DNA from: Candidatus Lustribacter sp.
Lineage (GTDB): Bacteria > Vulcanimicrobiota > Vulcanimicrobiia > Vulcanimicrobiales > Vulcanimicrobiaceae
Reading direction: 5' to 3'
Assembly: GCA_965277805.1 (NCBI GenBank)
Contig: OZ255842.1
Span: 224,001-288,000 of the forward strand
Length of the DNA: 64,000 bases
The stretch's first letter is position 1; each line of letters begins with the position of its first letter. A program made the position numbers and the translations under genes. Of this stretch, positions 1-8,758 are shown piece after piece. The notes below the pieces were generated by a model. The model ran no database searches and had not been told where the DNA came from. It saw only the letters and a program-made list of their open reading frames with translations.

Positions 1-321
1 CATGCCGGCCGCGCCGGCGTCGGCAAAACCGGTACTGACGACGACCGCGGCGCGGACGCCCGCGCCCGCCGCCTCAACGAGCACCTGCGCGACCATCGTC
101 GCGCGCACGGCAACGACGATCAGATCGGGAACGGCGGGCAGCGCCGCGAGCGACGGGTACGCGGGATAGCCGAAGACTTCACTGCGGTTCGGGTTGATCA
201 TCCAGATCGGTCCCGGAAAACCGTCGACCTTGAGGCGCGTCGCCATTCCGCTCAGCAGCGCCGAGCGTGGACTCGCGCCGACGAAGGCGATCGACGTCGC
301 GCCGAAGAGACGTTCGATCAT
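1..321 (-). CDS. Acetate--CoA ligase (ADP-forming)/acyl-CoA synthetase family protein, N-terminal CoA-binding domain (runs off the window edge)
   Basis: Not in the ORF track; hand translation from ATG 321: MIERLFGATSIAFVGASPRS...IWMINPNRSEVFGYPAYPSLAALPAVPDLIVVAV...AGVRAAVVVSTGFAD, a typical CoA-binding Rossmann pattern. ATGA overlap with the upstream permease stop. Confidence 0.85.
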   Translation of the reverse strand, partial: MIERLFGATSIAFVGASPRSALLSGMATRLKVDGFPGPIWMINPNRSEVFGYPAYPSLAALPAVPDLIVVAVRATMVAQVLVEAAGAGVRAAVVVSTGFADAGAAGM

Positions 322-1136
322 GCCGCCGCCCGCAGCTTCGGATCGAGCGCGTCGGAGAGCCAGTTGCCGAACGCATTCGCGAGCATGATGGTGAGCATCA
401 TCGCAAGGGCCGGCGTGAGCGGGACCCAAGGGGCAGTTTCAAGGTAGAGTTTCCCTTCCGCAATCGTCGAGCCCCACGCGCCCCCTTCGGGCGAGAGTCC
501 GAGGCCGAGAAACGCGAGCGAACTTTCGAGCAGAATCACGCGCCCGATATCGAGCGTGAGCAACACGACCACGGCGTTGATCACGTTGGGCAGAAAATGG
601 CGTACCAGGATCGTCGCCGTCCGCGTGCCGCAGACGATCGCGGCATCGACGAATTCCATCGAACGCAACGAGAGCACCTCGCCGCGCACGAAGCGTGCGT
701 ACCGTGCCCACGTCACCAGCATCAGCGACACGACCACGCTCCAAAAGCCGGGCCCGATCACCGCCACGAGAAACAGCGCGATCATCACGGCAGGCAGCGA
801 GAGCATCGCATCGGTGATGCGCATCAGCACCTCATCCCACCGGCCGCCGAGGAACCCGGCCGCCATTCCGATGCCGGTTCCGATGACGCCCGCGGTGGCG
901 ATGACGAGCGTCGTGATCGCGAGCGATAAGCTGGCGCCGGTGAGCGTGCGGCTGAGAATATCGCGGCCGAGCTGATCGGTTCCCAGCAGATGATGGAGGT
1001 CATGAAAGGGCGGAATGAAGCGCAGCGTCAGATCGACTTCGCTCGGGTCCTGCGGTGCGATGAACTTGCCGGCCAGTCCGACGACGACGAGCAGGACGAA
1101 CGCAATCGGCAGAGCACGCGAAAACGCGACGTTCAT
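318..1136 (-). CDS. Peptide/nickel ABC transporter permease, DppC/OppC family
   Basis: C-terminal 272 aa of ORF 318..2147; HLLGTDQLGRDILSR, EFVDAAIVCG (EAA loop), FLGLG, DALDPK; start ATG 1136 overlaps the DppB stop. Confidence 0.93.
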   Translation of the reverse strand: MNVAFSRALPIAFVLLVVVGLAGKFIAPQDPSEVDLTLRFIPPFHDLHHLLGTDQLGRDILSRTLTGASLSLAITTLVIATAGVIGTGIGMAAGFLGGRWDEVLMRITDAMLSLPAVMIALFLVAVIGPGFWSVVVSLMLVTWARYARFVRGEVLSLRSMEFVDAAIVCGTRTATILVRHFLPNVINAVVVLLTLDIGRVILLESSLAFLGLGLSPEGGAWGSTIAEGKLYLETAPWVPLTPALAMMLTIMLANAFGNWLSDALDPKLRAAA

Positions 1137-2056
1137 GCTGATGCAATTCTCGTGCGCGGATCGATGAAGCCGTAGATCACGTCGACGATCAAATTGATCG
1201 ACACAAACGCGCAGGTCGTCACCAGCACGATGCCCTCGACGACGGGGAAATCGCGGCCGGTGATCGCCTCGACCGCCGTGCGTCCGAGTCCCGGCAGCGC
1301 GAACATCGTTTCGGTCACGACGGTACCGGTCAGCAACGTCGCGAGAATCAAGCTGAAGATCGTCACCACCGGAACGAGCGCGTTGCGCAGCGCGTGCTCG
1401 TAGACGATCTGATCGGCGCGCAGCCCTTTCGCGCGCGCGGTCGTGACGTAATCCGAGCCCAGCGCCTTGATCATGCTGACGCGCGTGACGCGAATCATCG
1501 ACGCGAGGCCGAACCAGCCCAGCGTAACCGCCGGTAAGACGTAGCCTTGCGGCAAGTCGATGCCGGCGGCCGGCAACCAGCGCAGGCGCACGGAAAACAG
1601 CAAGATGCCGGCGAGCGCGGTCACGAAGATCGGCACCGACTGCCCGAGCAGCGCAAAGAAAAGAATCGCGCGATCGATCGCGGTGCCGCGGTGACGGGCC
1701 GAAGAAATGCCGAGCGGCAATCCGAGTCCGAGCGTGATCGCACCGGCCAGCAGCGCCAAGGTCAGCGTCACCGGCATGCGATCCAAGATCAGGTTCGCGA
1801 CCGGTTCGTGCCACTTGTACGACATGCCGAGGTTGCCGTGGGCAACGTCGCCGATGTATTCGACGTATTGCTGCCAGAGTGGGCGGTCGAGGTGCAAGAG
1901 TTGACGCAACGCCGTGCGGTCGTCGTCGGTCGCGATCGGCGGAAGGAGCGACGCGGTCGGATCGCCTGTGCTGCGCGACACGACGAACGTGAACGTGAGC
2001 AAAACGAAAACGGTGAGGAACGCGAGCATCACGCGTTTGGCAAGATACGATGTCAA
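1133..2056 (-). CDS. Peptide/nickel ABC transporter permease, DppB/OppB family
   Basis: GDP...LHLDRPLWQQY...GNLGMSY, DYVTTARAKGL, HALRNAL, ETMFALPGLG, DPR; TTG 2056 start estimated. Confidence 0.93.
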   Translation of the reverse strand: MTSYLAKRVMLAFLTVFVLLTFTFVVSRSTGDPTASLLPPIATDDDRTALRQLLHLDRPLWQQYVEYIGDVAHGNLGMSYKWHEPVANLILDRMPVTLTLALLAGAITLGLGLPLGISSARHRGTAIDRAILFFALLGQSVPIFVTALAGILLFSVRLRWLPAAGIDLPQGYVLPAVTLGWFGLASMIRVTRVSMIKALGSDYVTTARAKGLRADQIVYEHALRNALVPVVTIFSLILATLLTGTVVTETMFALPGLGRTAVEAITGRDFPVVEGIVLVTTCAFVSINLIVDVIYGFIDPRTRIASA

Positions 2057-2192
2057 AGGCTGAACCGCACGTCCGGGTACTATGGCGCGCCATTCTGCAC
2101 TTCCTGGAGCGCGCATCGCGTGCAGGTCGACTCGCCGAGCGCCGCACAATAGAATCCGTTCAGTCGACCGCGATCGAAAAGGAGATTCGACT

Positions 2193-3722
2193 TTGTTCCA
2201 TCGTATCACCGCGGCCCTCACCATCGTTCTCTGCACGCTCGGCGGCCTCGCCGCATCGGCGGCTAATGCGCCGGATACGCGACCGTCGATCGTTTACGCG
2301 ACGCCGGCGGTGCCCGACAGCATGGATCCCCACAAGCTCGCGGGTTCGGTGAGCACGCGTCTCAACGCGAATCTGTTCGATACGCTCATCCAGCTCAATT
2401 CGCAAGCCGGCCGCGGCCCGCGCTTGGTGCCCGATCTGGCAACCTCGTGGACCGTCGCCGCCGACGGCAAATCGATCGATTTCCAACTCCGCCCGCACGT
2501 GTTGTTCCATAACGGCAAGACGCTGACGGCCGACGACGTCAAGTTTTCACTTGAACGTGCAATCAACCCGAAGACCAAGGATCCGTTCGCGACGTACATG
2601 CGCAATCTCGTCAGCGTCGAGATTCTCTCGCCGTTGAGCGTGCGTCTGCACCTCTCGGAACCGTGGATCGGAACGCTGGACGGGCTCGCGGCGGGCGGTC
2701 AGATCTTGCCGAAAGCGTACGTCGAGCAGGTCGGCGACGACGGCTTCGCGGCGCATCCGGTCGGCACGGGACCGTTCATGTTCGTCGACCGGAAGATCGG
2801 CGACTCGATCACGTTCGCGGCCTTCGATCAGTACTGGGCCGGCAAGCCTGCGATTTCCAAAGTGCTCTGGCGATCGGTGCCGGATCCGAACAGCCGCGTT
2901 TCGCTGCTCACGAGCGGCGGCGCCGACCTCATCACCGATGTCCCGTCAAGCCTGGTGGACTCGGTGCGCAAAAGCGGCGCGCACGTCGACTACCTCACTG
3001 GGCCGGTGCAGCGTTTCATCGTGATCAACACGCTCAAAGGCGGGCCGCTGGCCGACAAACGAGTGCGCATGGCATTGAACGTCGCGCTCGACCGCAACGC
3101 GATCTTGTCCGCGGTCTTCGGCCGCAGCGTGGCGCAACTCGAGGGACCGCTCGCGCCGCAGCAAATCGGCGGGGCCGGCAAGCTCAACTATCCGTACGAC
3201 CCGAAGCGAGCGAAGGCGCTCTTGGCCGAGGCCGGATACGCCAACGGCTTTTCGACCGAGTTGATCTATCCACCGGGCCGATACACCGGCGATGAAGAAC
3301 TGTTGCCGACGCTGGCCTCGTATTGGAAGCGAGTCGGCATCACCGTGGCGCTCAAAGCCACCGACTATAGCGAATGGCTGGAATCCGTGCACGAGAAGAC
3401 CTATCCGGGCTTAGCGGACTTCTCCAAGAACGACTTGCCGGTAAGCGATCCGTTCAGCGCGTTCGACCGGCACATCCGGTGCGGCGCGTCCTATAGCGCG
3501 TACTGCAACAAGCAGCTCGATGCACTGATCGACACCGTCAACGCCGAAATCGACGTGCCGAAGCTCACCGCCGTGTTCAGCAAGGCGCAGCAGATCGCCC
3601 ACGATGATGCGGTGCAAGTCTTCCTCTACCAGGAGCCCGGGATCATCGGCCTGCGCAAAGGCCTGAACTGGAACAGCAACTACAGCCCCGACACCGGTCT
3701 CGGCTGGTACGTCCTCCGCTAA
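2193..3722 (+). CDS. ABC transporter substrate-binding protein, family 5 (DppA/OppA-like)
   Basis: Signal peptide; PDLATSWTV, FHNGKTLTADDVKFS, PVGTGPF, DKRVRMALN, YDPKRAKALLAEAGY; AAGGAG RBS before TTG 2193. Confidence 0.93.
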   Translation: MFHRITAALTIVLCTLGGLAASAANAPDTRPSIVYATPAVPDSMDPHKLAGSVSTRLNANLFDTLIQLNSQAGRGPRLVPDLATSWTVAADGKSIDFQLRPHVLFHNGKTLTADDVKFSLERAINPKTKDPFATYMRNLVSVEILSPLSVRLHLSEPWIGTLDGLAAGGQILPKAYVEQVGDDGFAAHPVGTGPFMFVDRKIGDSITFAAFDQYWAGKPAISKVLWRSVPDPNSRVSLLTSGGADLITDVPSSLVDSVRKSGAHVDYLTGPVQRFIVINTLKGGPLADKRVRMALNVALDRNAILSAVFGRSVAQLEGPLAPQQIGGAGKLNYPYDPKRAKALLAEAGYANGFSTELIYPPGRYTGDEELLPTLASYWKRVGITVALKATDYSEWLESVHEKTYPGLADFSKNDLPVSDPFSAFDRHIRCGASYSAYCNKQLDALIDTVNAEIDVPKLTAVFSKAQQIAHDDAVQVFLYQEPGIIGLRKGLNWNSNYSPDTGLGWYVLR

Positions 3723-3748
3723 CATCGGTTCACCGAAGGAGTCGAGTC

Positions 3749-4162
3749 ATGGCAAAATTGCGGCATCTGGCGATCGTCGTGGACGATCTCGAACAATCGG
3801 CGTGCTTCTATGAGAAGATCTTCGAGATGACGCGGGCCTACGAAGCGAAGGGGCGCGCGATCTACCTCACCGATGGGCTCGTGAACTTGGCGCTCTTGAG
3901 CAGCGCGAACAAGCCGTCACCCGGCGCCAAGGAACCGAACGCGCACGGCATCAGCCACTTCGGCTTTCGCATTGCAGACTTTGCGTCGACCGAAGCAGCC
4001 CTTACCGAAGCCGGCGCGACCTACGCCTACGACCTCGGCGATCCCAACGGCATGAACTACGAGCGCAAGTGGCGCGACCCCGAGGGCATCCTGTTCGACG
4101 TCTCCGAGAAGGGCTGGTACGGCGCCCTCGATGAGGCCGAGGAGCCGGCGCAGGTCCACTAA
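3749..4162 (+). CDS. VOC (glyoxalase/bleomycin resistance/dioxygenase) family protein
   Basis: KLRHLAIVVDDLE, GISHFGF, WRDPEGILFDV; AAGGAG RBS. Confidence 0.88.
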   Translation: MAKLRHLAIVVDDLEQSACFYEKIFEMTRAYEAKGRAIYLTDGLVNLALLSSANKPSPGAKEPNAHGISHFGFRIADFASTEAALTEAGATYAYDLGDPNGMNYERKWRDPEGILFDVSEKGWYGALDEAEEPAQVH

Positions 4163-4198
4163 GGGGCCGGTCGCCGTCTCCTCGGCGCCCGCCCGTCG

Positions 4199-4231
4199 AG
4201 GGACCCTCCGGAGCGTCGAGAATACTTCCAT
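4199..4231 (+). promoter_or_regulatory. Putative SigH-like promoter giving a leaderless mRNA
   Basis: AGGG(4199)-17 nt-GAATAC(4220)-6 nt-ATG(4232), no SD; resembles the Bacillus sigma-H AGGA...GAAT consensus. Confidence 0.45.
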
Positions 4232-5443
4232 ATGGCCACGACGCAAGAGCAAAATGAACGGCTGACCCAGATCGGCCCCGGAACCTTCATGGGGAACCTA
4301 CTGCGACGCTACTGGCACCCGGTGGGCGTCACGCTCGAACTCGACGAGAACCCGGTGAAAGCCGTGCGCGTTCTCGGCGAAGACCTGACGCTCTACCGCG
4401 ATAAGAGCGGCAGCTACGGCCTCGTCGGCCAGCGTTGCTTGCACCGCGGCGTCGCGCTCGTGCGCGGAATTCCGGAAGACTGCGGGCTGCGTTGCCCGTA
4501 TCACGGCTGGCTCTACGATGCCACCGGTCAGTGCATCGAGCAGCCGTTCGAAGATCGCGTCAACCCGGAAGCGCGCTACAAAGACCGCATCAAACTTGCG
4601 GGTTATCCCGTGCAAGAATTGGGCGGCATGATCTTTGCCTACCTCGGGCCGCTTCCGGCGCCGCTCTTGCCGCGCTGGGATCTGCTGGTCGAACCCGATC
4701 TCGACCGCGAAGCCAACGTCTTCCCGATTCCGTGTAACTGGCTGCAGTGCATGGACAACTCCGTCGATCCGGTGCACTTCGAATTCTTGCACGGCATCTT
4801 CGGCAACTACGAACTCGCGAAACAGGGCAAGCCGCCCGCGATGTTCCCGGCCAAGCACATCAAAATCGCGTTCGACGTCTACGAGTACGGCATCATGAAG
4901 CGCCGTCTGCTCGAAGGCGAACCGGAAACGTCCGATGACTGGACCACCGGCCATCCGTTGATCTTCCCGCTCACGCTCGCGCAGGGCGGCAAAGGCCAGG
5001 CGTCGTTCCAATTCCGTCTGCCGGTCGACGATACGCACACGGTCCAGACGTTCTACCGCACGAAGAAGCGCGCGCCGGGCGAAGCGCCCAAGCCGTTCAT
5101 GATGACGTACGAGCGTCTCTTCGACAACGATGCCGTCGTGCCGGGCGATAAGATTCCCAACCAAGATTTCATCGCGTGGGTCTCGCAAGGCCCGATCTCC
5201 GATCGTCCGATGGAACATTTGACGGCGATCGACACCGGCGTCATCCTCTATCACAAGCTGCTGCTCGAAAATGCAGCGAAGGTAGAGAAGGGCGAGGATC
5301 CGATGGGCACGATTCGCGACGCTGCGAAAAACGAACCGTGGATTGAGATCCCGCGCGAAGATCACGCTCTCGCTGCGTTCAAGATCGCCCGCGAGTTCGA
5401 AGATCGCACCTTCGACTACACGAAAGAACCCGCCGCGCGGTAG
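4232..5443 (+). CDS. Rieske non-heme iron oxygenase alpha subunit (phthalate 4,5-dioxygenase/LigX-like)
   Basis: GPGTFMGNLLRRYWHP; Rieske CLHRG...CPYHGW; mononuclear Fe motif NWLQCMDNSVDPVHFEFLH; EHLTAIDTGV. Confidence 0.92.
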   Translation: MATTQEQNERLTQIGPGTFMGNLLRRYWHPVGVTLELDENPVKAVRVLGEDLTLYRDKSGSYGLVGQRCLHRGVALVRGIPEDCGLRCPYHGWLYDATGQCIEQPFEDRVNPEARYKDRIKLAGYPVQELGGMIFAYLGPLPAPLLPRWDLLVEPDLDREANVFPIPCNWLQCMDNSVDPVHFEFLHGIFGNYELAKQGKPPAMFPAKHIKIAFDVYEYGIMKRRLLEGEPETSDDWTTGHPLIFPLTLAQGGKGQASFQFRLPVDDTHTVQTFYRTKKRAPGEAPKPFMMTYERLFDNDAVVPGDKIPNQDFIAWVSQGPISDRPMEHLTAIDTGVILYHKLLLENAAKVEKGEDPMGTIRDAAKNEPWIEIPREDHALAAFKIAREFEDRTFDYTKEPAAR

Positions 5444-5514
5444 CACAAAGTGACGGGCGTTACTCGCTGACGCCTGTCTAGGGAAATTCCCAGGAAGCCC
5501 TGAAAAGGGGCTGC

Positions 5515-6033
5515 GTGCTTTTCCGCAAGTTTGTTTTGCAAACGGCTGCGTTTGCAGTGTTGTCCGTGCTCGTTGCGGGCAACGCTCAAGCGCAGACCAA
5601 GGCGACCGTCAGGACGGCGACGACCTCGCCGCTAACGATCAATCTCACCACCGGCACGACGCCGGCCGCAGCGGGCGTGAAGCGGCTAGCCTTTACGACC
5701 GCCGCGCTTACGGTGAACCTCGTTGCCGGCGCACCCGCCTCGGCCGCAGCGGGCGTGAAGCGGCTAGCGTTCACGACCGCCGCGCTTACGGTGAACCTGG
5801 TTGCCGGCGCACCCGCCGCGGCCGCAGCCGGCGTGAAGCGGCAAGCGTTCACGACCGCCGCGCTTCCGATCAACCTGGTTGCCGGCGCAGCCCCCGCGGC
5901 CGCAGCCGGCGTGAAGCGGCTGGCGTTCACGACCGCAATCCTCGCGTTCAACCTTAGTTCGCAGTCTACGCCGCAAGCGGGAACGACGAAGCGAGCCGCA
6001 ACGACTCAGCCCCTGGTTTTCACCCTAAAATGA
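5515..6033 (+). CDS. Secreted Ala/Thr-rich tandem-repeat protein of unknown function
   Basis: Sec signal ending AQA; four near-identical 26-aa units plus two degenerate flanking copies; repeat differences keep the frame. Confidence 0.75.
   Translation: MLFRKFVLQTAAFAVLSVLVAGNAQAQTKATVRTATTSPLTINLTTGTTPAAAGVKRLAFTTAALTVNLVAGAPASAAAGVKRLAFTTAALTVNLVAGAPAAAAAGVKRQAFTTAALPINLVAGAAPAAAAGVKRLAFTTAILAFNLSSQSTPQAGTTKRAATTQPLVFTLK
5665..5955 (+). repeat. 78-bp coding tandem repeat, about 4 copies
   Basis: GTGAAGCGG anchor at 5677, 5755, 5833 and 5911 (exact 78-bp period); unit encodes GVKRLAFTTAALTVNLVAGAPAxAAA. Confidence 0.95.
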
Positions 6034-6058
6034 CTACCGCACTAATGGAGACCATCGT

Positions 6059-6565
6059 ATGACCCACGTTCTTCGAATCGCGGCCATCGCCGTAGCTTTT
6101 CTCATCGGTGCGGCCACGGTGGCCTCCGCCAACACGCAGGAACTCACGCTCACCGTTCCGTTGAAAATCACGCTGCCGGGCGGGCCGGGGAGTCCCGCGT
6201 TGGGGCCCAACGGTCAGCTCAAACCGTTCGACGTGAATTGCGCAATCGGAAGCGGTCTCGGCTATTCCACCGGCGCCAGCAGCGTGCAGGGCAATGTGGT
6301 TGGCCAGGGCAGCACCGCTACGTCAGGTTCGAAGACCGTGCAAGGTCCGGACGGCAAGCCCGTCGCCAACCCGCAAGCCACCGTCATCATCACCTACGAC
6401 GACGGGTTGAACTCCGGTCCTAACGGTGCTGTCAATGCCGGTGCCGGTGCCGGTGCGGGAAAAAATGTCTCTAACTACCTCTGCTTCGTCCAGTGGCAGA
6501 CGCCGATCCCGAGCCTCGCACCGATCTTCGTTCAGGGCGCGCTCCAGGCGACGGTAAAGAGCTAG
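6059..6565 (+). CDS. Secreted Gly-rich, probably beta-sheet protein with two Cys, unknown function
   Basis: GGAG RBS; signal peptide ending ASA; strands ELTLTVPLKITL, FDVNCAI, ATVIITY, NYLCFVQW, IFVQGAL. Confidence 0.75.
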   Translation: MTHVLRIAAIAVAFLIGAATVASANTQELTLTVPLKITLPGGPGSPALGPNGQLKPFDVNCAIGSGLGYSTGASSVQGNVVGQGSTATSGSKTVQGPDGKPVANPQATVIITYDDGLNSGPNGAVNAGAGAGAGKNVSNYLCFVQWQTPIPSLAPIFVQGALQATVKS

Positions 6566-6575
6566 AGCCCCGCGA

Positions 6576-7676
6576 TTACCGAAGTGCCGGCTCGGCGTCA
6601 CGCATGTCGAGCTTCGGCACGATCGGGCGTGGAATGAGGACCGCCTGCGGGTCCTCGACTTCGCGTTTCAAGGCCGCTTCCAGCAACCGCCGGCCCTGAA
6701 TCGCAGCGCCGTCGAGCGCGATCGCCATGCTCGGCACGCGATCGTCGCCGCGCTCGATCAGCGCTTGCTGCTGCAGTTCGAGCACGAACCGGTCTTCACT
6801 GAACGTCGATATCGTGCTGTCGACGATCGCTTGCGTCAGCGCGGCATCGTCGATTTCGTAGTTGCGGGCCAACGCGAAGAAGTAGTGCGTCGACGTCGCC
6901 GTTTCCGGCGTGAGCAGATGCAGCACGCGTCCGAAGGTGTGGTAATCGCCGCCCGCTCCGTGCGGACGATGGCCGGCTTCCGTCATGTTGACGCCCGGCG
7001 GCTGATAGCTAGCGATTTGCAGGCGGTCGATCTTGCCGGACGTTGCGCGCGCGGCAACCCAGGCCGGCGGCGCCTCGATGCCGGCCATGTCGCGGCGTGC
7101 GTGCACCGCCCGTCCATCCTCGATCGTGACGACCGCCGGAAAATCCGCGATGCTCTCTTCTTCGCGATTCCCGAGCGATGTCTGATGGATGTAGGTTTCG
7201 TGCGAGAGATCGAGCAGGTTGTCGGTGACGAGGCGGTAGTCGGCGCCCATATGGATGTAGCCCTTAGCCGCCGTCCAACGCGGGTCGTCGAGCCAAAATA
7301 AATTCGGCACGAGCGACGCATCGGCGAGCGCCGGATCGCCCATCCAAATCCAAATTAGGCCGAAGCGCTCCACCACCGGAAACGTGCGCGTGGCGGAGTT
7401 GTTCGGGATGTGCGCTTGTCCGGGAATCCGTAGACAGCGCCCGTCGGCTGCGACGACGGTTCCGTGGTAGCCGCACTGGATCGCATCGCCGTTGCGCTTG
7501 CCGATCGAGAGCGGCACCAGCCGATGCGGACAACGATCGTCCAGAGCGGCGACAGCACCGCCGGCGGTGCGTAGCAACACGACCGGCTGATCGAGGAAGC
7601 GTCGCGCCAGAAAATCCGCATCGAGCTCGTGGGCGAACGCGGCAACGTACCAGCAATTCCGCAAAAACGAAGCCAT
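6576..7676 (-). CDS. Rieske oxygenase, VanA/dicamba monooxygenase-like O-demethylase family
   Basis: FLRNCWYVAA, DRCPHRLVPLS...CGYHG, DNLLDLSHETYIH, TPETATSTHYFF, FSEDRFVLELQQ. Confidence 0.92.
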   Translation of the reverse strand: MASFLRNCWYVAAFAHELDADFLARRFLDQPVVLLRTAGGAVAALDDRCPHRLVPLSIGKRNGDAIQCGYHGTVVAADGRCLRIPGQAHIPNNSATRTFPVVERFGLIWIWMGDPALADASLVPNLFWLDDPRWTAAKGYIHMGADYRLVTDNLLDLSHETYIHQTSLGNREEESIADFPAVVTIEDGRAVHARRDMAGIEAPPAWVAARATSGKIDRLQIASYQPPGVNMTEAGHRPHGAGGDYHTFGRVLHLLTPETATSTHYFFALARNYEIDDAALTQAIVDSTISTFSEDRFVLELQQQALIERGDDRVPSMAIALDGAAIQGRRLLEAALKREVEDPQAVLIPRPIVPKLDMRDAEPALR

Positions 7677-7733
7677 TTGTCCCCCTTTGCCACGGCGCAG
7701 GCCAACCCCTCAGGCGCCGGGTATGCAACCGCC

Positions 7734-8678
7734 ATGACTACATCGACACGTGGAACGTTTCTCGCAGGCGCGGGCGCACTCGCAGCATTTCCCACAATCG
7801 CTCAAGCCGCCCCCGGCGCTCCGGTCGTTATCCGGGCCGGAACGATCCCCGCCGACGTCGCCGCCGTCGTGGAGTTTGCCCGCGACCGCGGCTACTTCAA
7901 AGCGGCCGGCCTGGACGTCCAAATTCAGATCTTTCAAAGCGGCCCGGTCATCGCGCCGGCGGTCGTCGGCGGTTCGCTCGACGTGGGCGCTGCAAACACG
8001 GGCTCGCTAGCCGGCGCGGTCGAGCGCGGACTTCCGTTGCGCATCTTCGCCCCATCATCGCAAGTCGGACCGAACACGTCGACCGACGTCATTATGGTCA
8101 AAGATGATTCGCCGATCAAGACGGCGGCCGACGTGAACGGCAAGACCGTTGCCATCGTCGCGATGAAAACCGTGCAGCACGCGCTGTTCCTGGCGTGGGT
8201 CGACAAACACGGCGGCGATTCGAAAACCGTCAAGATGATCGAAATTCCGTTTCCCGAAATGGTCGGCGCGCTCGATAGCGGCCGCGTCGACGTCGCGATT
8301 CCCTCGGAGCCGTTCACGAGTCAGGGACGTGCCGGAAATCGCGTGATCGGGAACTGTTACGAAGCGCTGACGACGCAAATGCTGCTGTTCGGCTTCTTCG
8401 CAACCGACGCGTGGCTCACCGCGAACAAAGACACCGCGCTGAAATTTGCCGCGGCGATCAAACAAGCTGCGGTCTGGGCCAACGCGAATCGGAAAGCCTC
8501 GGCGCTGCTGCTCACGAAATTCACAGATCTTGCGCCCGCCGTCGCCGACACGATGGGGCGCGCAACGTACGCGACATCGCTCGAACCCTCGATGATCGAG
8601 CCCGCAGTCGAATATATGGTCAAGTACGGCTTCCTGCCCAAGCCGATCGATGCTGCCCAGCTCATCTGGCGGCCTTGA
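7734..8678 (+). CDS. ABC substrate-binding protein, SsuA/TauA/THI5 family
   Basis: Tat-like leader TRGTFLAGAGALAA; GYFKAAGLDV, GSLDVG, DVNGKTVA, IEIPFPEMVGALDSGRVD. Confidence 0.9.
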   Translation: MTTSTRGTFLAGAGALAAFPTIAQAAPGAPVVIRAGTIPADVAAVVEFARDRGYFKAAGLDVQIQIFQSGPVIAPAVVGGSLDVGAANTGSLAGAVERGLPLRIFAPSSQVGPNTSTDVIMVKDDSPIKTAADVNGKTVAIVAMKTVQHALFLAWVDKHGGDSKTVKMIEIPFPEMVGALDSGRVDVAIPSEPFTSQGRAGNRVIGNCYEALTTQMLLFGFFATDAWLTANKDTALKFAAAIKQAAVWANANRKASALLLTKFTDLAPAVADTMGRATYATSLEPSMIEPAVEYMVKYGFLPKPIDAAQLIWRP

Positions 8679-8758
8679 GCGCGGTCCTCAACGTTGATTG
8701 TGGCTTCAATCCATGCGTTCGGAGGGCGAACGTCTAAGTAGAGCCGGGGGAGATCGAA

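Noticed and set aside
318-2147. Apparent long N-terminal extensions or fusions in ORF-track entries (318..2147, 11757..13535, 16775..18418, 39787..41646, 46406..48586, 52702..54522, 60306..61415)
   Set aside because: The extensions overlap real neighbouring genes in other frames; internal starts with RBS or stop-start coupling explain the true proteins.
5452-5478. Hairpin GACGGGCGT-N9-ACGCCTGTC after the Rieske stop, as an intrinsic terminator or riboswitch
   Set aside because: No U-tract and too short for a known riboswitch; may be a pause or stability hairpin, but unsupported.
5665-5955. 78-bp repeats as a CRISPR array or non-coding repeat
   Set aside because: No unique spacers; the whole unit repeats in frame inside a signal-peptide ORF; no cas genes.
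5515-6033. Repeat protein as a RiPP precursor with neighbouring Rieske enzymes as maturases
   Set aside because: It has a Sec signal, no RiPP maturase, RRE or peptidase-transporter is nearby, and the flanking Rieske proteins are ordinary small-molecule types.
6437-6456. (GCCGGT)x3 microsatellite as a phase-variation tract
   Set aside because: The hexamer keeps the frame and encodes an AGAGAG linker; common in high-GC DNA.
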